The notes beneath the pieces were generated by a model, which had not been told where the DNA came from, ran no database searches, and was given only the letters and a program-made list of their open reading frames with translations. A stretch of DNA of 41,186 nucleotides from Anaerolineales bacterium (GTDB taxonomy: Bacteria > Chloroflexota > Anaerolineae > Anaerolineales > DRKV01): NCBI GenBank assembly GCA_034434095.1, contig DAOTZN010000289.1, forward strand, positions 1 to 41,186, read 5' to 3'. Positions 7,435-17,458 of this stretch are shown in pieces. The position numbers were made by a program, and so were the translations under genes. Every line of letters begins with the position of its first letter. Position 1 is the stretch's first letter.

Positions 7435-9894
7435 TTATTCCTTGCCCTTGAAGGTGGGTGGGGTAAAGGGGACCGTCAAATGGGTGATGGCATCGCCTGC
7501 TTTTAACGAGAGCACCTGCGAGCCCCGCGCGTTGCGTGTCTGCAGGGGGGCGGCATCCAGCCTTAGGGTTTTGGCGGTCAATTTTTTGAGATGTGCAGTA
7601 ACCTGAAGGTTCGGTTTGCCGATTGCTGCTCCAACCAGATGAGTTTTCGCGGACACTTTCCAGGCAATTACGCCCTTGCCATAGCGTCCTTGCTGGGGGA
7701 AGTCATCTAAGGGGACGCGTTTAGCGCGTCCGTTGGCGGTCATCAAGAAGATATCGCCGGGGGATGACAAGGTCAACGCGGCGACGATCTCGTCCCCTGC
7801 CTCGAGTTTGATCCCCATCACGCCGGCGGCCACCAATCCCATCGGACGAACTTCTTCTTCTGAAAACCGAATGGCCATGCCGCGTGCTGTTAGCAGCAGT
7901 AATTCGCTTTGACCATCACTAATATTGACGCTTAGCAGGTTGTCGCCCTCGTTGATGCGGGTAAGTGCAAAGGGTTGAGGTGAAGGGCCTGGTAATTCGG
8001 AGAGGGCGCTTTTTTTGACCATGCCTTGTTGGGAAACCGTGATGATAAAACCACTCTCTTCGGGAATTTCGTCAATGGGGGGGATGCTAAAAGCGGCTGC
8101 CGGTGTGTCGTTGGCGAAGAGGGCGTTAACTTGCGTTAGCGGGATGCCATCTTGTGGTGTGGTGCCGGTCGGCAGGGCGTGCACGGCCGTTGCAGTGCTC
8201 TTCCCATCGGGCGTTACCAGGTATAGGGTGTGGTGGGTGTTGGTGTGCAAGAGAAAACGTGGGGCAGTTGAGCCGCTACGGCGCGGCGGTTTGTTGTCGC
8301 GCGTGCGGGCAATCAAGCCATCCTCCGAAATCATCACCCAGGTCGGCTCGGAGGGGAGCATGTCGTGCACCGTGAGTGCGTTGGATGCGGATTTGCCCTC
8401 TTCCAGATGCACGATTTGGGTACGGCGATGGTCGCCGAATTCCACGCGAATGGCCTCTAGTTCCTCGGCGATGGTGGTTCGCATCAATTTTGGTGAGTGT
8501 AGCAGTTTTTCCAGTGCTTTGATTTCAGTTTGGACATCTTTGTATTCTTGCTCGATTTTCTTGCGTTCCAGAGATGCCAGACGGCGCAGGGGCATGGCCA
8601 GAATGGCCTGTGCCTGTGCGTCGGACAGGCGGTAATTTTTTCGTAAATTTTTGTGTGCGCTTTCTACGGTGTGTGAACGCCGGATGGTCGCAATAACCTC
8701 GTCGAGATTTGCCAGGGCAATGCGCAATCCCTCCAGAATATGGGCACGCTCGCGTGCACGGCGCAAGTCATACTCGCTGCGGCGGCGAGTAATCTCCAGG
8801 CGGTGTTCCAGGTACACCCGCAACGCTTGTTTCAGGCTGAGCAAACGTGGCTCCCCATTGACCAGTGCCAACATGATGATGCCAAAAGTCGTTTGAAGTG
8901 CGGTTTGCTTGTACAAGGCTTGCAACACCGCATCGGATTCTGCATTTTTGGCGAGTTCAATGACAATGCGCATGCCTTGCCGATCGGATTCGTCTCGTAA
9001 GTCGCTGATTCCCTCGATGTGTCCATCACGCACCAGGGAAGCAATGCGCTCCATCAGGCTGGTTTTGTTCGTCATATAGGGCAATTCGGTGACGATGACC
9101 CCTGTGTGGCCGCGCCCCATGTCTTCCAGGTGGACGCGTGCCCGTACGGTGATTCGTCCCCGTCCAGACCCGTACGCGCTGGAGAGGGTGTTGCTATCTG
9201 TCTCCTGGATGATCACGCCGCCGGTGGGAAAATCTGGTCCTTTGATGAATTGCATCAGATCGTCCACCGTGATGTCGTCTAGCCGTTGCCAGTTTTGGAG
9301 CATGAATTTGAGGGCATCAATCACCTCCCCTAAGTTGTGTGGGGGGATATTGGTGGACATCCCCACTGCGATGCCGGTGGCGCCATTCACCAGTAAATTG
9401 GGAAAGGCGGCCGGCAAAACGACCGGCTCTTGTAGGGTGTCATCGAAGTTAGGGCTGAAATCTACGGTATCCTTCTGGATATCGCTCAGCATGTGGTGTG
9501 CCAGGGCAGAAAGCCGTGCTTCGGTGTAACGCATAGCGGCTGGAGAGTCGCCATCTATGGAGCCGAAGTTCCCTTGTCCGTCAACCAGCGGATAGCGCAT
9601 CGAGAAATTTTGCGCCATGCGTGCCATGGCGTCGTATACGGCCATGTCCCCATGGGGGTGATATTTACCCAATACTTCACCTACGATACGCGCTGATTTT
9701 TTGTGCGTGCTATTGGCGCGTAGTCCCAGGTCTTGCATGGCATATAAAATGCGGCGATGGACGGGCTTTAAACCGTCGCGCGCATCCGGCAAGGCACGTG
9801 CCACGATCACGCTCATGGCATAGTCGAGGTACGCTTGTTGCATTTCATGTTCGATATCAACCTGTTGCACCAGGCCAATTTCGCCAACAATCAT
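7435..9894 (-). CDS. gyrA: DNA gyrase subunit A (type IIA topoisomerase A subunit) with a divergent C-terminal domain
   Basis: [27 protein letters not shown] and [21 protein letters not shown] (catalytic Tyr123) are GyrA-type. It is 819 aa. There is no canonical GyrA-box (see findings). Confidence 0.93.
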   Translation of the reverse strand: MIVGEIGLVQQVDIEHEMQQAYLDYAMSVIVARALPDARDGLKPVHRRILYAMQDLGLRANSTHKKSARIVGEVLGKYHPHGDMAVYDAMARMAQNFSMRYPLVDGQGNFGSIDGDSPAAMRYTEARLSALAHHMLSDIQKDTVDFSPNFDDTLQEPVVLPAAFPNLLVNGATGIAVGMSTNIPPHNLGEVIDALKFMLQNWQRLDDITVDDLMQFIKGPDFPTGGVIIQETDSNTLSSAYGSGRGRITVRARVHLEDMGRGHTGVIVTELPYMTNKTSLMERIASLVRDGHIEGISDLRDESDRQGMRIVIELAKNAESDAVLQALYKQTALQTTFGIIMLALVNGEPRLLSLKQALRVYLEHRLEITRRRSEYDLRRARERAHILEGLRIALANLDEVIATIRRSHTVESAHKNLRKNYRLSDAQAQAILAMPLRRLASLERKKIEQEYKDVQTEIKALEKLLHSPKLMRTTIAEELEAIRVEFGDHRRTQIVHLEEGKSASNALTVHDMLPSEPTWVMISEDGLIARTRDNKPPRRSGSTAPRFLLHTNTHHTLYLVTPDGKSTATAVHALPTGTTPQDGIPLTQVNALFANDTPAAAFSIPPIDEIPEESGFIITVSQQGMVKKSALSELPGPSPQPFALTRINEGDNLLSVNISDGQSELLLLTARGMAIRFSEEEVRPMGLVAAGVMGIKLEAGDEIVAALTLSSPGDIFLMTANGRAKRVPLDDFPQQGRYGKGVIAWKVSAKTHLVGAAIGKPNLQVTAHLKKLTAKTLRLDAAPLQTRNARGSQVLSLKAGDAITHLTVPFTPPTFKGKE

Positions 9895-9984
9895 GGTGTG
9901 GTTCTCCCTGTAAATAGTAGTTGCCGCCTCAAGGGGGGCTCTGCCCCACTTCTAAATGGCTGTTACCCTTGTTTTCGTAGCGTC

Positions 9985-10013
9985 ATCCTATCGGTAAAGT
10001 TGAGATTCGTCAA
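9985..10013 (-). promoter_or_regulatory. possible gyrA promoter TTGACG-17 nt-TAGGAT (minus strand)
   Basis: Reverse complement of 10008-10013 is TTGACG, and of 9985-9990 is TAGGAT. It would give a roughly 85-nt leader containing a GGGGCAGAGCCCC hairpin. Confidence 0.35.
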
Positions 10014-10166
10014 GGATGTCGGAGACATGGCCGGGCTTTTTAGGGTTCGTCTATAAACAACTTCTCGATTTGTTGGTTCTTCAGCGTTAAATTTTCAACG
10101 CCAAGCCGGGGATGGTTCAGAAACTTGTGGGCACTTTTGTAAGCAGAGTGGGGCTACCCCTTTCTG

Positions 10167-10189
10167 AACTGAGGCAGGACTTCAGTCCG
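10167..10189 (+). repeat. 23-bp exact repeat AACTGAGGCAGGACTTCAGTCCG (copy 1 of 2)
   Basis: Identical to 34577-34599; contains the ACTGA..TCAGT / GGACT..AGTCC self-complementarity. Confidence 0.9.
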
Positions 10190-10273
10190 ACTCATCTCAG
10201 TGACCTTTGGTTGGGACTGAAAGCCGCGTCATAGATGGGGGATTCGGGATGTTGCAGATGTCCCGCATCCAAT

Positions 10274-10297
10274 GGGGACAGGCTGAAAGCCTATCCC
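10274..10297 (+). repeat. stem-loop GGGGACAGGCT-GAA-AGCCTATCCC, sibling of 366-387
   Basis: Near-identical to 364-390; lies in the gyrA/galE intergenic region. Confidence 0.7.
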
Positions 10298-10430
10298 ACA
10301 TATTTTGGGTACCAAATGAACCATGCCACTTATTTGAATGGCAAAAAGCAGCGCGAATGTGCTCGTCCGCGTAATCTGTGGATGAATGGGCTGTTTACGC
10401 CGGTTTCGCCAGACTCTAGACCTAAATTTT

Positions 10431-11441
10431 TTAACGATAGCCCTGTGGATTTTGCGATTGCCAACGCCAGGCGTCGGTGCACATATCATCCAGACCAAGT
10501 GTGGCTTCCCAGCCAAGTTCCTGCCGGGCGCGGCTGGGGTCGGCATAACTGATGGCTACGTCTCCGGAACGCCGCTCGACAATCTTGTAGGGAATTTTTT
10601 TCCCGCAGGCACGTTCAAATGCCGCTACCACTTCGAGTACGCTGTAACCGCGACCGGTGCCCAAATTATAGGCGCGCACTCCAGGATCCTCGAATAACTT
10701 ATCCAGTGCGTGTAAATGCCCACGCGCCAGGTCTACCACATGGATGTAATCTCGTACGCCTGTACCATCCGGCGTAGGATAATCGTCCCCAAAGACACGC
10801 AATTCGGGGAGTTTGCCAACCGCAACCTGGGTGATATAGGGAAAAAGGTTGTTCGGGATACCGTTGGGGTCCTCACCAATTTTGCCGCTCGCGTGCGCTC
10901 CTACAGGATTGAAGTAACGTAGCAGGATGATGTTCCACTCGGGGTCAGCGGTGTACAGGTCGGTCAGGATGTCTTCTTGCATTAATTTGCTGCGTCCATA
11001 GGGGTTGGTTGCCGCGCGCGGCATATCTTCCACCAATGGCGGGATGTTATGTTCGCCATATACAGTGGCAGATGAACTAAAAACCAGATTTTTGACGTGA
11101 TGCTCGGCCATCGCTTCACATAAATTCAGCGTGGCGACGATATTGTTGTGGTAATAGCGCAGTGGCTCCTGTACCGATTCGCCCACGGCCTTCAGCCCGG
11201 CGAAGTGAATCACCGCATCGATGGATTCAATGTCAAATAGAATGCGCACGGCGTCTAGATTCAACAAATCGGCTTTGTAGAAGGCAACCTCTTTACCTGT
11301 AATCTCACGAATGCGCGCTAAGGATTCTTTTTTGCTATTGATGAGGTTGTCTATAACCACGACGTCGTGGCCTGCGTTGAGCAGTTCTACACAAGTATGG
11401 CTGCCGATGTAACCGGCACCGCCGGTAACGAGAATTTGCAT
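10431..11441 (-). CDS. galE: UDP-glucose 4-epimerase
   Basis: N-terminal Rossmann motif [11 protein letters not shown], catalytic YGRSK (YxxxK), 336 aa, AAGGAG RBS. Confidence 0.95.
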   Translation of the reverse strand: MQILVTGGAGYIGSHTCVELLNAGHDVVVIDNLINSKKESLARIREITGKEVAFYKADLLNLDAVRILFDIESIDAVIHFAGLKAVGESVQEPLRYYHNNIVATLNLCEAMAEHHVKNLVFSSSATVYGEHNIPPLVEDMPRAATNPYGRSKLMQEDILTDLYTADPEWNIILLRYFNPVGAHASGKIGEDPNGIPNNLFPYITQVAVGKLPELRVFGDDYPTPDGTGVRDYIHVVDLARGHLHALDKLFEDPGVRAYNLGTGRGYSVLEVVAAFERACGKKIPYKIVERRSGDVAISYADPSRARQELGWEATLGLDDMCTDAWRWQSQNPQGYR

Positions 11442-11490
11442 AGTGGATAAGGTCTCCTTGAAAAATAAGTCTAATCAATGCACGTCCCAG

Positions 11491-11499
11491 ATTTTACCA
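11491..11499 (-). promoter_or_regulatory. possible extended -10 (TGGTAAAAT on minus strand) for galE
   Basis: Reverse complement of 11491-11499 is TGGTAAAAT, about 50 nt upstream of the galE ATG; no good -35. Confidence 0.3.
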
Positions 11500-11939
11500 G
11501 ACTACTGGGCTCCGGCGTTTTTTATTTGACCGCTATTGGTGTTCGCCGGAGAACGACTTAAAAATCTGCACAATTTGATCTGTAGAGTGGGTGATTTGCC
11601 ACTTTTTGCCAGACTTCAACAAACTATATGCCTAGCAAATGGCGGATGATGCATTAGCCGCCCGGAACTCTATCCCCCAAATATCCTATTGCGTGGCAAC
11701 TTGATTTTTTATATACTTATTGTTAGGCGGGAAGTAATACACAATACAATTTGCAAAACTTGACGCTTAGCACTCCACAGTTACATCGTTTTACAATCTG
11801 CGCCTAAATTTTCCCAGCCTCATACGGGAAAACAAATACCCAACACGGATACCTCCGCCAACATATTGCCTCCCGTTTGATTGTTGAGCCATTGCAGCAG
11901 AACGATATTCTTTTTTAGCCAAAGTAAAGGAGCAGTCAG

Positions 11940-14900
11940 ATGAACCACAAATCTAAGGTGTGGCGCGTCATCAGCATGTTGCTGATTGCCACGTTTGTAC
12001 TCTTTCCTGCTGGCGCAATCCCCAGGCGTGTCGCCGCTCAGGCTCCTGTTGCCCCAGCAGGGCCCACAGCCAGTGGAGACCATTTGGTCATTGGCTTGAA
12101 TATGACCCCAACATCACCGAATATTCTCAAAGTCACCCAAAACGTCAATATTTCCTTTCAATACACCACCACGGAGGCCAACGGCGTACGCATTTTCATT
12201 CGCCCCTTCAGCAACGGCGCTTTATCTCCCGGATATACTGCTCACCCTTCTCCAATCTACCCGGCCGGTAGTGGTCAGGGCAGCGGCTACTTTACCATCA
12301 CCAGCGGTGAAGTGGTGGTAGATCAAATTCGGATTCAAATGTGGAACAGCAACCAGACTACTCTGCTGTTTGAAGCCTTCCTGCCGGTGTACTATCTATT
12401 CACCAATGCCAGCAACGTGGTCACCAACTTCAGTCTGACGCCAGATACCCCCAACGTACTCCACTTTGGCGATCATGCTACCGCCACTTTTGATTACACC
12501 ACCAACAACAAAAGTGGTGTATATATTTGGATACGTCCCTTCACCAATGGCAACCTGACACCAAACTATGCCGCCCACGGCTCCCCGCTCTACCCGTCAG
12601 GTTCGGGACGCGGGAACGGCTACGTTACCATTAGCAGCGGCCAAGTGGTGGTAGACCAGTTGCGCGTGCAAATGTGGGATGCCGGCCAAACCACCCTGTT
12701 GTTCGAAGCCTTTTTGCCGGTATACTATCGCTTCATGTCCACTACAAACAGCGTGAGCAATTTCTCCATCAGCCCACCCAACCCTAACATTTTCAAATAC
12801 GGCGATAAAGTCTATGTGTATTTTGACTATCAAGTCAACAGTCGCAGCGGAGCACGCATCTGGGTACGGCCATTCAGTGGCACGCACCTATCCCCTGATT
12901 ACGTGGCGCATGGCTCTGGTATTTATACCGGTTCCGGCTCCAGCAGCGGATACTTCACCCTGTCTTCCGGCCCAACAGTGGTAGACCGCATACGCGTGCA
13001 AATGTGGGATGCTAACCAAACCACCCTGCTTTATGAAGCCTTCCTGTCCGTTCATCTGTTATGGGCCGGGCCAGGGCCGGCACCTGGACCAGATATGCAC
13101 CTTGACGCTATCGAAGTCACTCAGGGCATTCAAGATCTAAACAATAGCGTCGTGCTAGTGGCCGGGAAACGTACTTACGTGCGAGTACACGTTAGTTCAC
13201 CCACATCGCAAAGCAACGTGTATGCCACGTTGCGCGGCCGGCGCGGCATCATCCCATTGATGCCAGTGCTTTCTCCCGGCAACCCCGGCGGTGATATCAC
13301 GGTTCTCACCTCACCGGACCGCGGTGCATTAAACGATAGTTTCTGGTTCGCCTTGCCAACGAGTTGGACAAGTGCCGGCAGCCTGACATTAACCGCCTAC
13401 CTTGACCCTAACAATGCCACATTTGATCCAAATACCAGTAACAATACCAAAAGTGTGACGGTCAACTTCTTGCCCACACCACCGTTACGGCTAAAACTTG
13501 TGGACGTACAATACACCAGCGGCGGTCATACCTATCGGGCGGCCAACAATCACCTGGCGGCCCTTGAATCCTGGCTACGACGTGCTTACCCCATCAGCAG
13601 CCTGGAAGTAACCCGTCAGGACTACGTTTATCCAAACGCTGGCCTGCCCAATGTTGACACACTACACGGCTATCTGGCAATCATGAAACTCATGAACATC
13701 CTATTCAGCGGAGAGGACAGCCGGATTGTGTACTATGGGGTAGTAGATGATGGTGGCGGTTTTATGCGCGGCAAGACCGCAGGCATCCCCAGTACCATCT
13801 CCGCCGGGCCATCAGGTAGCGGCAACTGGGGCTGGGATTATGACGGCTCATACAACGACTGGTATGGCGGGCATGAAATCGGTCATAGCCGCGGGCGCTA
13901 CCACGCTGAGTTTTGCGGCGCTGGCGGCGGAGTGCCCTACCCCTACACCAACGGCCGCATCAGTCCGGCGCTCAATGGCAACAGCGCCATCTATGGTTTC
14001 GACATCACCACATTTGCCATCTACCCGCCCACCTGGAAGGACGTGATGACTTATTGCGACTATGAGTGGATTTCTGATTTTACCTACGAAGGTATTCGAG
14101 ATTACCTGGTGGGAGTTGGCCTGAATACCCCTGAGCCGCAACAGGTCACGGCCTCGCAGTTCCTGGTCGTTTCCGGTATGGCAAACCTTGCCGACAACAC
14201 GGTCACCCTTAACGATGTCTACAAGATCACCCAAAAGGCCAGCGTACCCCTACCCGAACCCGGAGATTGGAGTATCGACCTATTGGACGCGTCCGGCGCG
14301 ACCCTGAAGAGTTACGCCTTTGCTCCCCGAGAGTTAACCGACTCCGAAAGCAATTCTAACCGCCCGGCGGTCATCGCCGAAATAGTACCCTGGGCGAGTG
14401 GCACGATCGGCGTTGCAATTCGGTACCAGGGGCAAACGCTGGCATCCCGGACTGCCAGCGCCAATGCCCCCAGCGTTAGCCTGCCCGTCCGCAACCAGGT
14501 GACACACCCGAATGCTACCATTGACCTGTCATGGAACGGCTCCGATTTGGACGGTGATACCCTAACCTATAGCGTGCTCTACAGTCTGGATGGTGGCGCG
14601 TCCTGGACACCGCTAATCAACGGGGTAACCGATACATCGCTGTCTATAGATACCGACAAGTTGCCCGGTGGCACGCTAATCTTCAAGATCATAGCCACGG
14701 ACGGCTTCTTGACCGGTGAAACCGTTACCGGTTCATACACCATCCCCCTACACGCTCCCGAAGTACAGGTTGACAAGCCAACTGACAACGCGGTCTTCTT
14801 TCCGGCACAAACCGTCAACCTGCAAGCCTCAGCCTTTGATATGGAAGATGGCACCCTGGGCGATAGCGCTTTCCAGTGGACCTCCAGCATCAATGGGGAT

Positions 14901-15371
14901 CTGGGCACCGGTGCCAATCTTTCAACCGCCGAACTCAGTGCCGGCCAACACACCATCACCGTCACCGTTACCGACAGCGATAACATGAGCACGCAAGCGG
15001 CGCGCACGATCACAATTGGTGATGAAAACACCGTAGAAACCGTCAACCTGGACGCCGCACCACTCGGCATCGGTATCCTTTTGAATTTTGGTGAGTCGGG
15101 AACCACCTACACGCTAACCTTGCGCGCCTCAACCGGTGGGGCAATCTCCTGGACGGCCAGCGAATCGCTTCCCTGGTTAAGCATGAGCGCTACTTCCGGC
15201 ACCACCCCCGATGAAATTACACTGACCATTGACCCAACCGGTCTGCCGGTTGGCACACATAACGGCATCATTACCCTAACTTCGACCGATGCCACCAATT
15301 CTCCCATCGAGATTCCCATCTCTGTGCAAATAAACGGTTACAGCATGTATCTGCCATTCTTACAGCGTTGA
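11940..15371 (+). CDS. secreted multidomain metzincin-type zinc metalloprotease (signal peptide, 3 x 111-aa repeats, HExxHxxGxxH catalytic domain, Ig-like domains, BACON-like C-terminus)
   Basis: AGGAG RBS and signal peptide VISMLLIATFVLFPAGAIPRRVAAQA. HEIGHSRGRYH at 13872-13904, with a candidate Met-turn DVMTYC at 14046. C-terminal LSWNGSDLDGDTLTYSV and ...ISWTASESLPWLSMSATSGTTPDEITLTIDP modules. Confidence 0.85.
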   Translation: MNHKSKVWRVISMLLIATFVLFPAGAIPRRVAAQAPVAPAGPTASGDHLVIGLNMTPTSPNILKVTQNVNISFQYTTTEANGVRIFIRPFSNGALSPGYTAHPSPIYPAGSGQGSGYFTITSGEVVVDQIRIQMWNSNQTTLLFEAFLPVYYLFTNASNVVTNFSLTPDTPNVLHFGDHATATFDYTTNNKSGVYIWIRPFTNGNLTPNYAAHGSPLYPSGSGRGNGYVTISSGQVVVDQLRVQMWDAGQTTLLFEAFLPVYYRFMSTTNSVSNFSISPPNPNIFKYGDKVYVYFDYQVNSRSGARIWVRPFSGTHLSPDYVAHGSGIYTGSGSSSGYFTLSSGPTVVDRIRVQMWDANQTTLLYEAFLSVHLLWAGPGPAPGPDMHLDAIEVTQGIQDLNNSVVLVAGKRTYVRVHVSSPTSQSNVYATLRGRRGIIPLMPVLSPGNPGGDITVLTSPDRGALNDSFWFALPTSWTSAGSLTLTAYLDPNNATFDPNTSNNTKSVTVNFLPTPPLRLKLVDVQYTSGGHTYRAANNHLAALESWLRRAYPISSLEVTRQDYVYPNAGLPNVDTLHGYLAIMKLMNILFSGEDSRIVYYGVVDDGGGFMRGKTAGIPSTISAGPSGSGNWGWDYDGSYNDWYGGHEIGHSRGRYHAEFCGAGGGVPYPYTNGRISPALNGNSAIYGFDITTFAIYPPTWKDVMTYCDYEWISDFTYEGIRDYLVGVGLNTPEPQQVTASQFLVVSGMANLADNTVTLNDVYKITQKASVPLPEPGDWSIDLLDASGATLKSYAFAPRELTDSESNSNRPAVIAEIVPWASGTIGVAIRYQGQTLASRTASANAPSVSLPVRNQVTHPNATIDLSWNGSDLDGDTLTYSVLYSLDGGASWTPLINGVTDTSLSIDTDKLPGGTLIFKIIATDGFLTGETVTGSYTIPLHAPEVQVDKPTDNAVFFPAQTVNLQASAFDMEDGTLGDSAFQWTSSINGDLGTGANLSTAELSAGQHTITVTVTDSDNMSTQAARTITIGDENTVETVNLDAAPLGIGILLNFGESGTTYTLTLRASTGGAISWTASESLPWLSMSATSGTTPDEITLTIDPTGLPVGTHNGIITLTSTDATNSPIEIPISVQINGYSMYLPFLQR
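12096..13094 (+). repeat. three intragenic tandem repeats of exactly 333 nt (111 aa) within the metalloprotease gene
   Basis: Repeat starts at 12096, 12429 and 12762. Conserved peptide pattern: F.Y....GV.I.IRPF..G.L.P.Y.AH.S..Y..GSG.G.GY.T..SG..VVD..R.QMW...QTTLL.EAFL.V. Confidence 0.9.
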
Positions 15372-15417
15372 TGCAGAACTATGCTCCGCCATCCTGACCT
15401 GGGATGGCTCTAAAAAA

Positions 15418-15459
15418 ACAAGCCCCGCCTCAATAACTTGAAGTGGGGCTTGTGCTTTT
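15418..15459. terminator. bidirectional intrinsic terminator between the metalloprotease gene and the suf operon end
   Basis: Stem ACAAGCCCC (15418-15426) / GGGGCTTGT (15445-15453), an A7 tract 5' and a GCTTTT tail 3'. Confidence 0.65.
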
Positions 15460-15476
15460 CAGGAAAAAATCCTGAC

Positions 15477-15815
15477 CTATTCCGGCGGCAGGCCGATTTC
15501 GATTTGTCCGTCGGCTTCCCGTACCGGATAGGCGGGAATGTCCTCTACAGCCGGCAGGCAAAGTGCTTTACCGGAGCGCACATCAAAGCGCGCTCCGTGA
15601 CGGGGGCATACCAGTTCATAACCATCCAAATCACCGTCATCGAGGGGGTTGCCATCATGGGAACATTCATCTACCACGGCAAAGGGGATGCCAGCAATGC
15701 GCACAAGAATGATGAGCAGGCCATCTACTTCAATGACCAAGCGGCCGCCATCTGGCAATTCGTCGGATTCGGCTACGGCAATGAATTCATAGTTTTGGGA
15801 GTCAACGGTGGTCAT
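15477..15815 (-). CDS. Rieske [2Fe-2S] ferredoxin-like protein (last gene of suf operon)
   Basis: CSHDG...CPRHGARF gives the CxH / CxxH Rieske ligands; the start overlaps the sufU stop by 1 nt. Confidence 0.9.
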   Translation of the reverse strand: MTTVDSQNYEFIAVAESDELPDGGRLVIEVDGLLIILVRIAGIPFAVVDECSHDGNPLDDGDLDGYELVCPRHGARFDVRSGKALCLPAVEDIPAYPVREADGQIEIGLPPE

Positions 15816-16213
15816 CAGGCCTCCAGGGAAACATCATCAATGCTACTCAGGCCATAAACGCCGCCTTTAAGCACTTTGAGCGAGAGTAAAGCGCACTTCA
15901 GGCGCACCGGGCCGAGTTCAATGCCCAACAGGTCAAGCACGTCATCTTTGGTCAGGGCACGGATTTCGTCCAAAGACTTGCCAATAATTGACTCTACCAG
16001 TAAATCGGCAGAAGCCTGCGAGATAGAGCAACCCTGACCGCTAAACGCGGCCTCGGTTACGATATCATGATCATCCACACGCAGGTCAATCCGAATATGG
16101 TCACCACAGACAGGGTTTTCGTCCTCAAAAGAAATGTCGTGGGGGTTAAGTTCGCCACGGTAGAGGGGGGTTTTATAACGTTCGATAATGAGTTCACGGT
16201 AGAGATCGTCCAT
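15815..16213 (-). CDS. sufU: SUF-system Fe-S scaffold / sulfur acceptor SufU (IscU-like)
   Basis: Conserved Cys motifs NPVCGD, GQGCSISQASA and VRLKCALL; 132 aa. Confidence 0.9.
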   Translation of the reverse strand: MDDLYRELIIERYKTPLYRGELNPHDISFEDENPVCGDHIRIDLRVDDHDIVTEAAFSGQGCSISQASADLLVESIIGKSLDEIRALTKDDVLDLLGIELGPVRLKCALLSLKVLKGGVYGLSSIDDVSLEA

Positions 16214-16219
16214 AAGGGT

Positions 16220-17458
16220 TTACCCAAAAATTTCCTTCACCTTATAGAGGCCGGCGATCAGACGGTCAACCTCGTCACGTGTGTTGTATAGGTAAAAACT
16301 GGCACGCGTGGTCGCCGGAATGTTAAATTTGTTGTGCAACGGCATGGCGCAGTGATGACCAGCACGCACCGCGATACCTTCCGCATCCAATATTTGAGCG
16401 ATGTCATGCGGGTGTATGCCCTGGAAAGTAAAGGAGGCCACACCACCCTTGTGTTGTGCCTGCGGGCCAAAAACTTGCAGGCCAGGCACTTCGGCCAGGC
16501 GCTCCAGGGCGTAAGTGATGAGTTGCTGTTCGTGCTGCTCAATAGTCATCATGCCAATGGATTGCAGGTAATCCACAGCAGCGCCAAAACCAATTGCCTC
16601 CGCAATGGCTGGTGTACCGGCTTCGAATTTATGCGGCACATTGTTCATTCGGAAGGAGCGCAGTTCAACCTTTTTGATCATGTCCCCGCCCCCCAGGAAA
16701 GGCGGCATGGCTTCCAGGAGCGCCATCTTGCCATACAAAACGCCAATGCCGGTTGGGCCACACATCTTGTGCGCAGAAAAGGCCAGGAAATCAACATCCA
16801 ACGTCTGCACATTCACCGGTAAATGGGGAACGGACTGTGCGCCATCCAACAAGGCGACTGCACCGACGGCGTGGGCGGCCGCGATAATTTCGGCAGCCGG
16901 ATTGATGGTTCCCAGCACATTAGACATGTGCGTAAAGGCAACCAATTTGGGGCGCAAATCATCAATCAACTGAAGCGCGGCCTTCAAATCCAGCAGTCCA
17001 TCTTCGGTAACGGGGATAAACTCCAAGCGCAAGTTCTTTTCTGCGGCTAGCATTTGCCAGGGGACCAAGTTGGAGTGGTGCTCCATCTCCGTGAGCAGGA
17101 TGACATCGCCAGCCTGCAAGTTACGCCGCCCCCAGGTGTGCGCAACCAGATTGATGGATTCAGTCGTATTGCGGGTGTAAACCACTTCGTTGGCATCCGC
17201 AGCCCCAATAAAGCGCGCAATTTTGGCACGCGCTTCTTCATAAGCAGCCGTGGCTTCTTCGGCCAGTACATGAATGCCGCGATGAATGTTGGCATTGGTA
17301 TGCCGATAAAATTCATCCATGGCATCAATTACTTGCTGCGGCTTTTGTGCCGTAGCCGTAGAATCGAGATAGACAAGTGGCACGCCAGGATGGGCTTCGC
17401 GCTGCAAAATAGGGAAATCGGCACGTATCCGCGCCACATCAAAACGTTGTATGCTCAT
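16220..17458 (-). CDS. sufS: cysteine desulfurase SufS (class V aminotransferase)
   Basis: PLP-lysine motif FSAHKMCGPTG and active-site Cys loop RAGHHCAMP; 412 aa. Confidence 0.95.
   Translation of the reverse strand: MSIQRFDVARIRADFPILQREAHPGVPLVYLDSTATAQKPQQVIDAMDEFYRHTNANIHRGIHVLAEEATAAYEEARAKIARFIGAADANEVVYTRNTTESINLVAHTWGRRNLQAGDVILLTEMEHHSNLVPWQMLAAEKNLRLEFIPVTEDGLLDLKAALQLIDDLRPKLVAFTHMSNVLGTINPAAEIIAAAHAVGAVALLDGAQSVPHLPVNVQTLDVDFLAFSAHKMCGPTGIGVLYGKMALLEAMPPFLGGGDMIKKVELRSFRMNNVPHKFEAGTPAIAEAIGFGAAVDYLQSIGMMTIEQHEQQLITYALERLAEVPGLQVFGPQAQHKGGVASFTFQGIHPHDIAQILDAEGIAVRAGHHCAMPLHNKFNIPATTRASFYLYNTRDEVDRLIAGLYKVKEIFG

Noticed and set aside
8015-8635. 206-aa plus-strand ORF antisense to gyrA (and similar antisense ORFs at 9089-9529, 14579-15106, 18267-18896 and 19355-19849)
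   Set aside because: These are entirely embedded antisense in strongly supported genes, are Arg/Ser/Cys-rich with no motifs, and are typical shadow ORFs of GC-rich coding DNA.
10229-10552. 105-aa ORFs on both strands spanning the galE 3' end and the repeat-rich spacer
   Set aside because: They overlap galE and the hairpin repeats, and have no RBS and no recognisable protein features.
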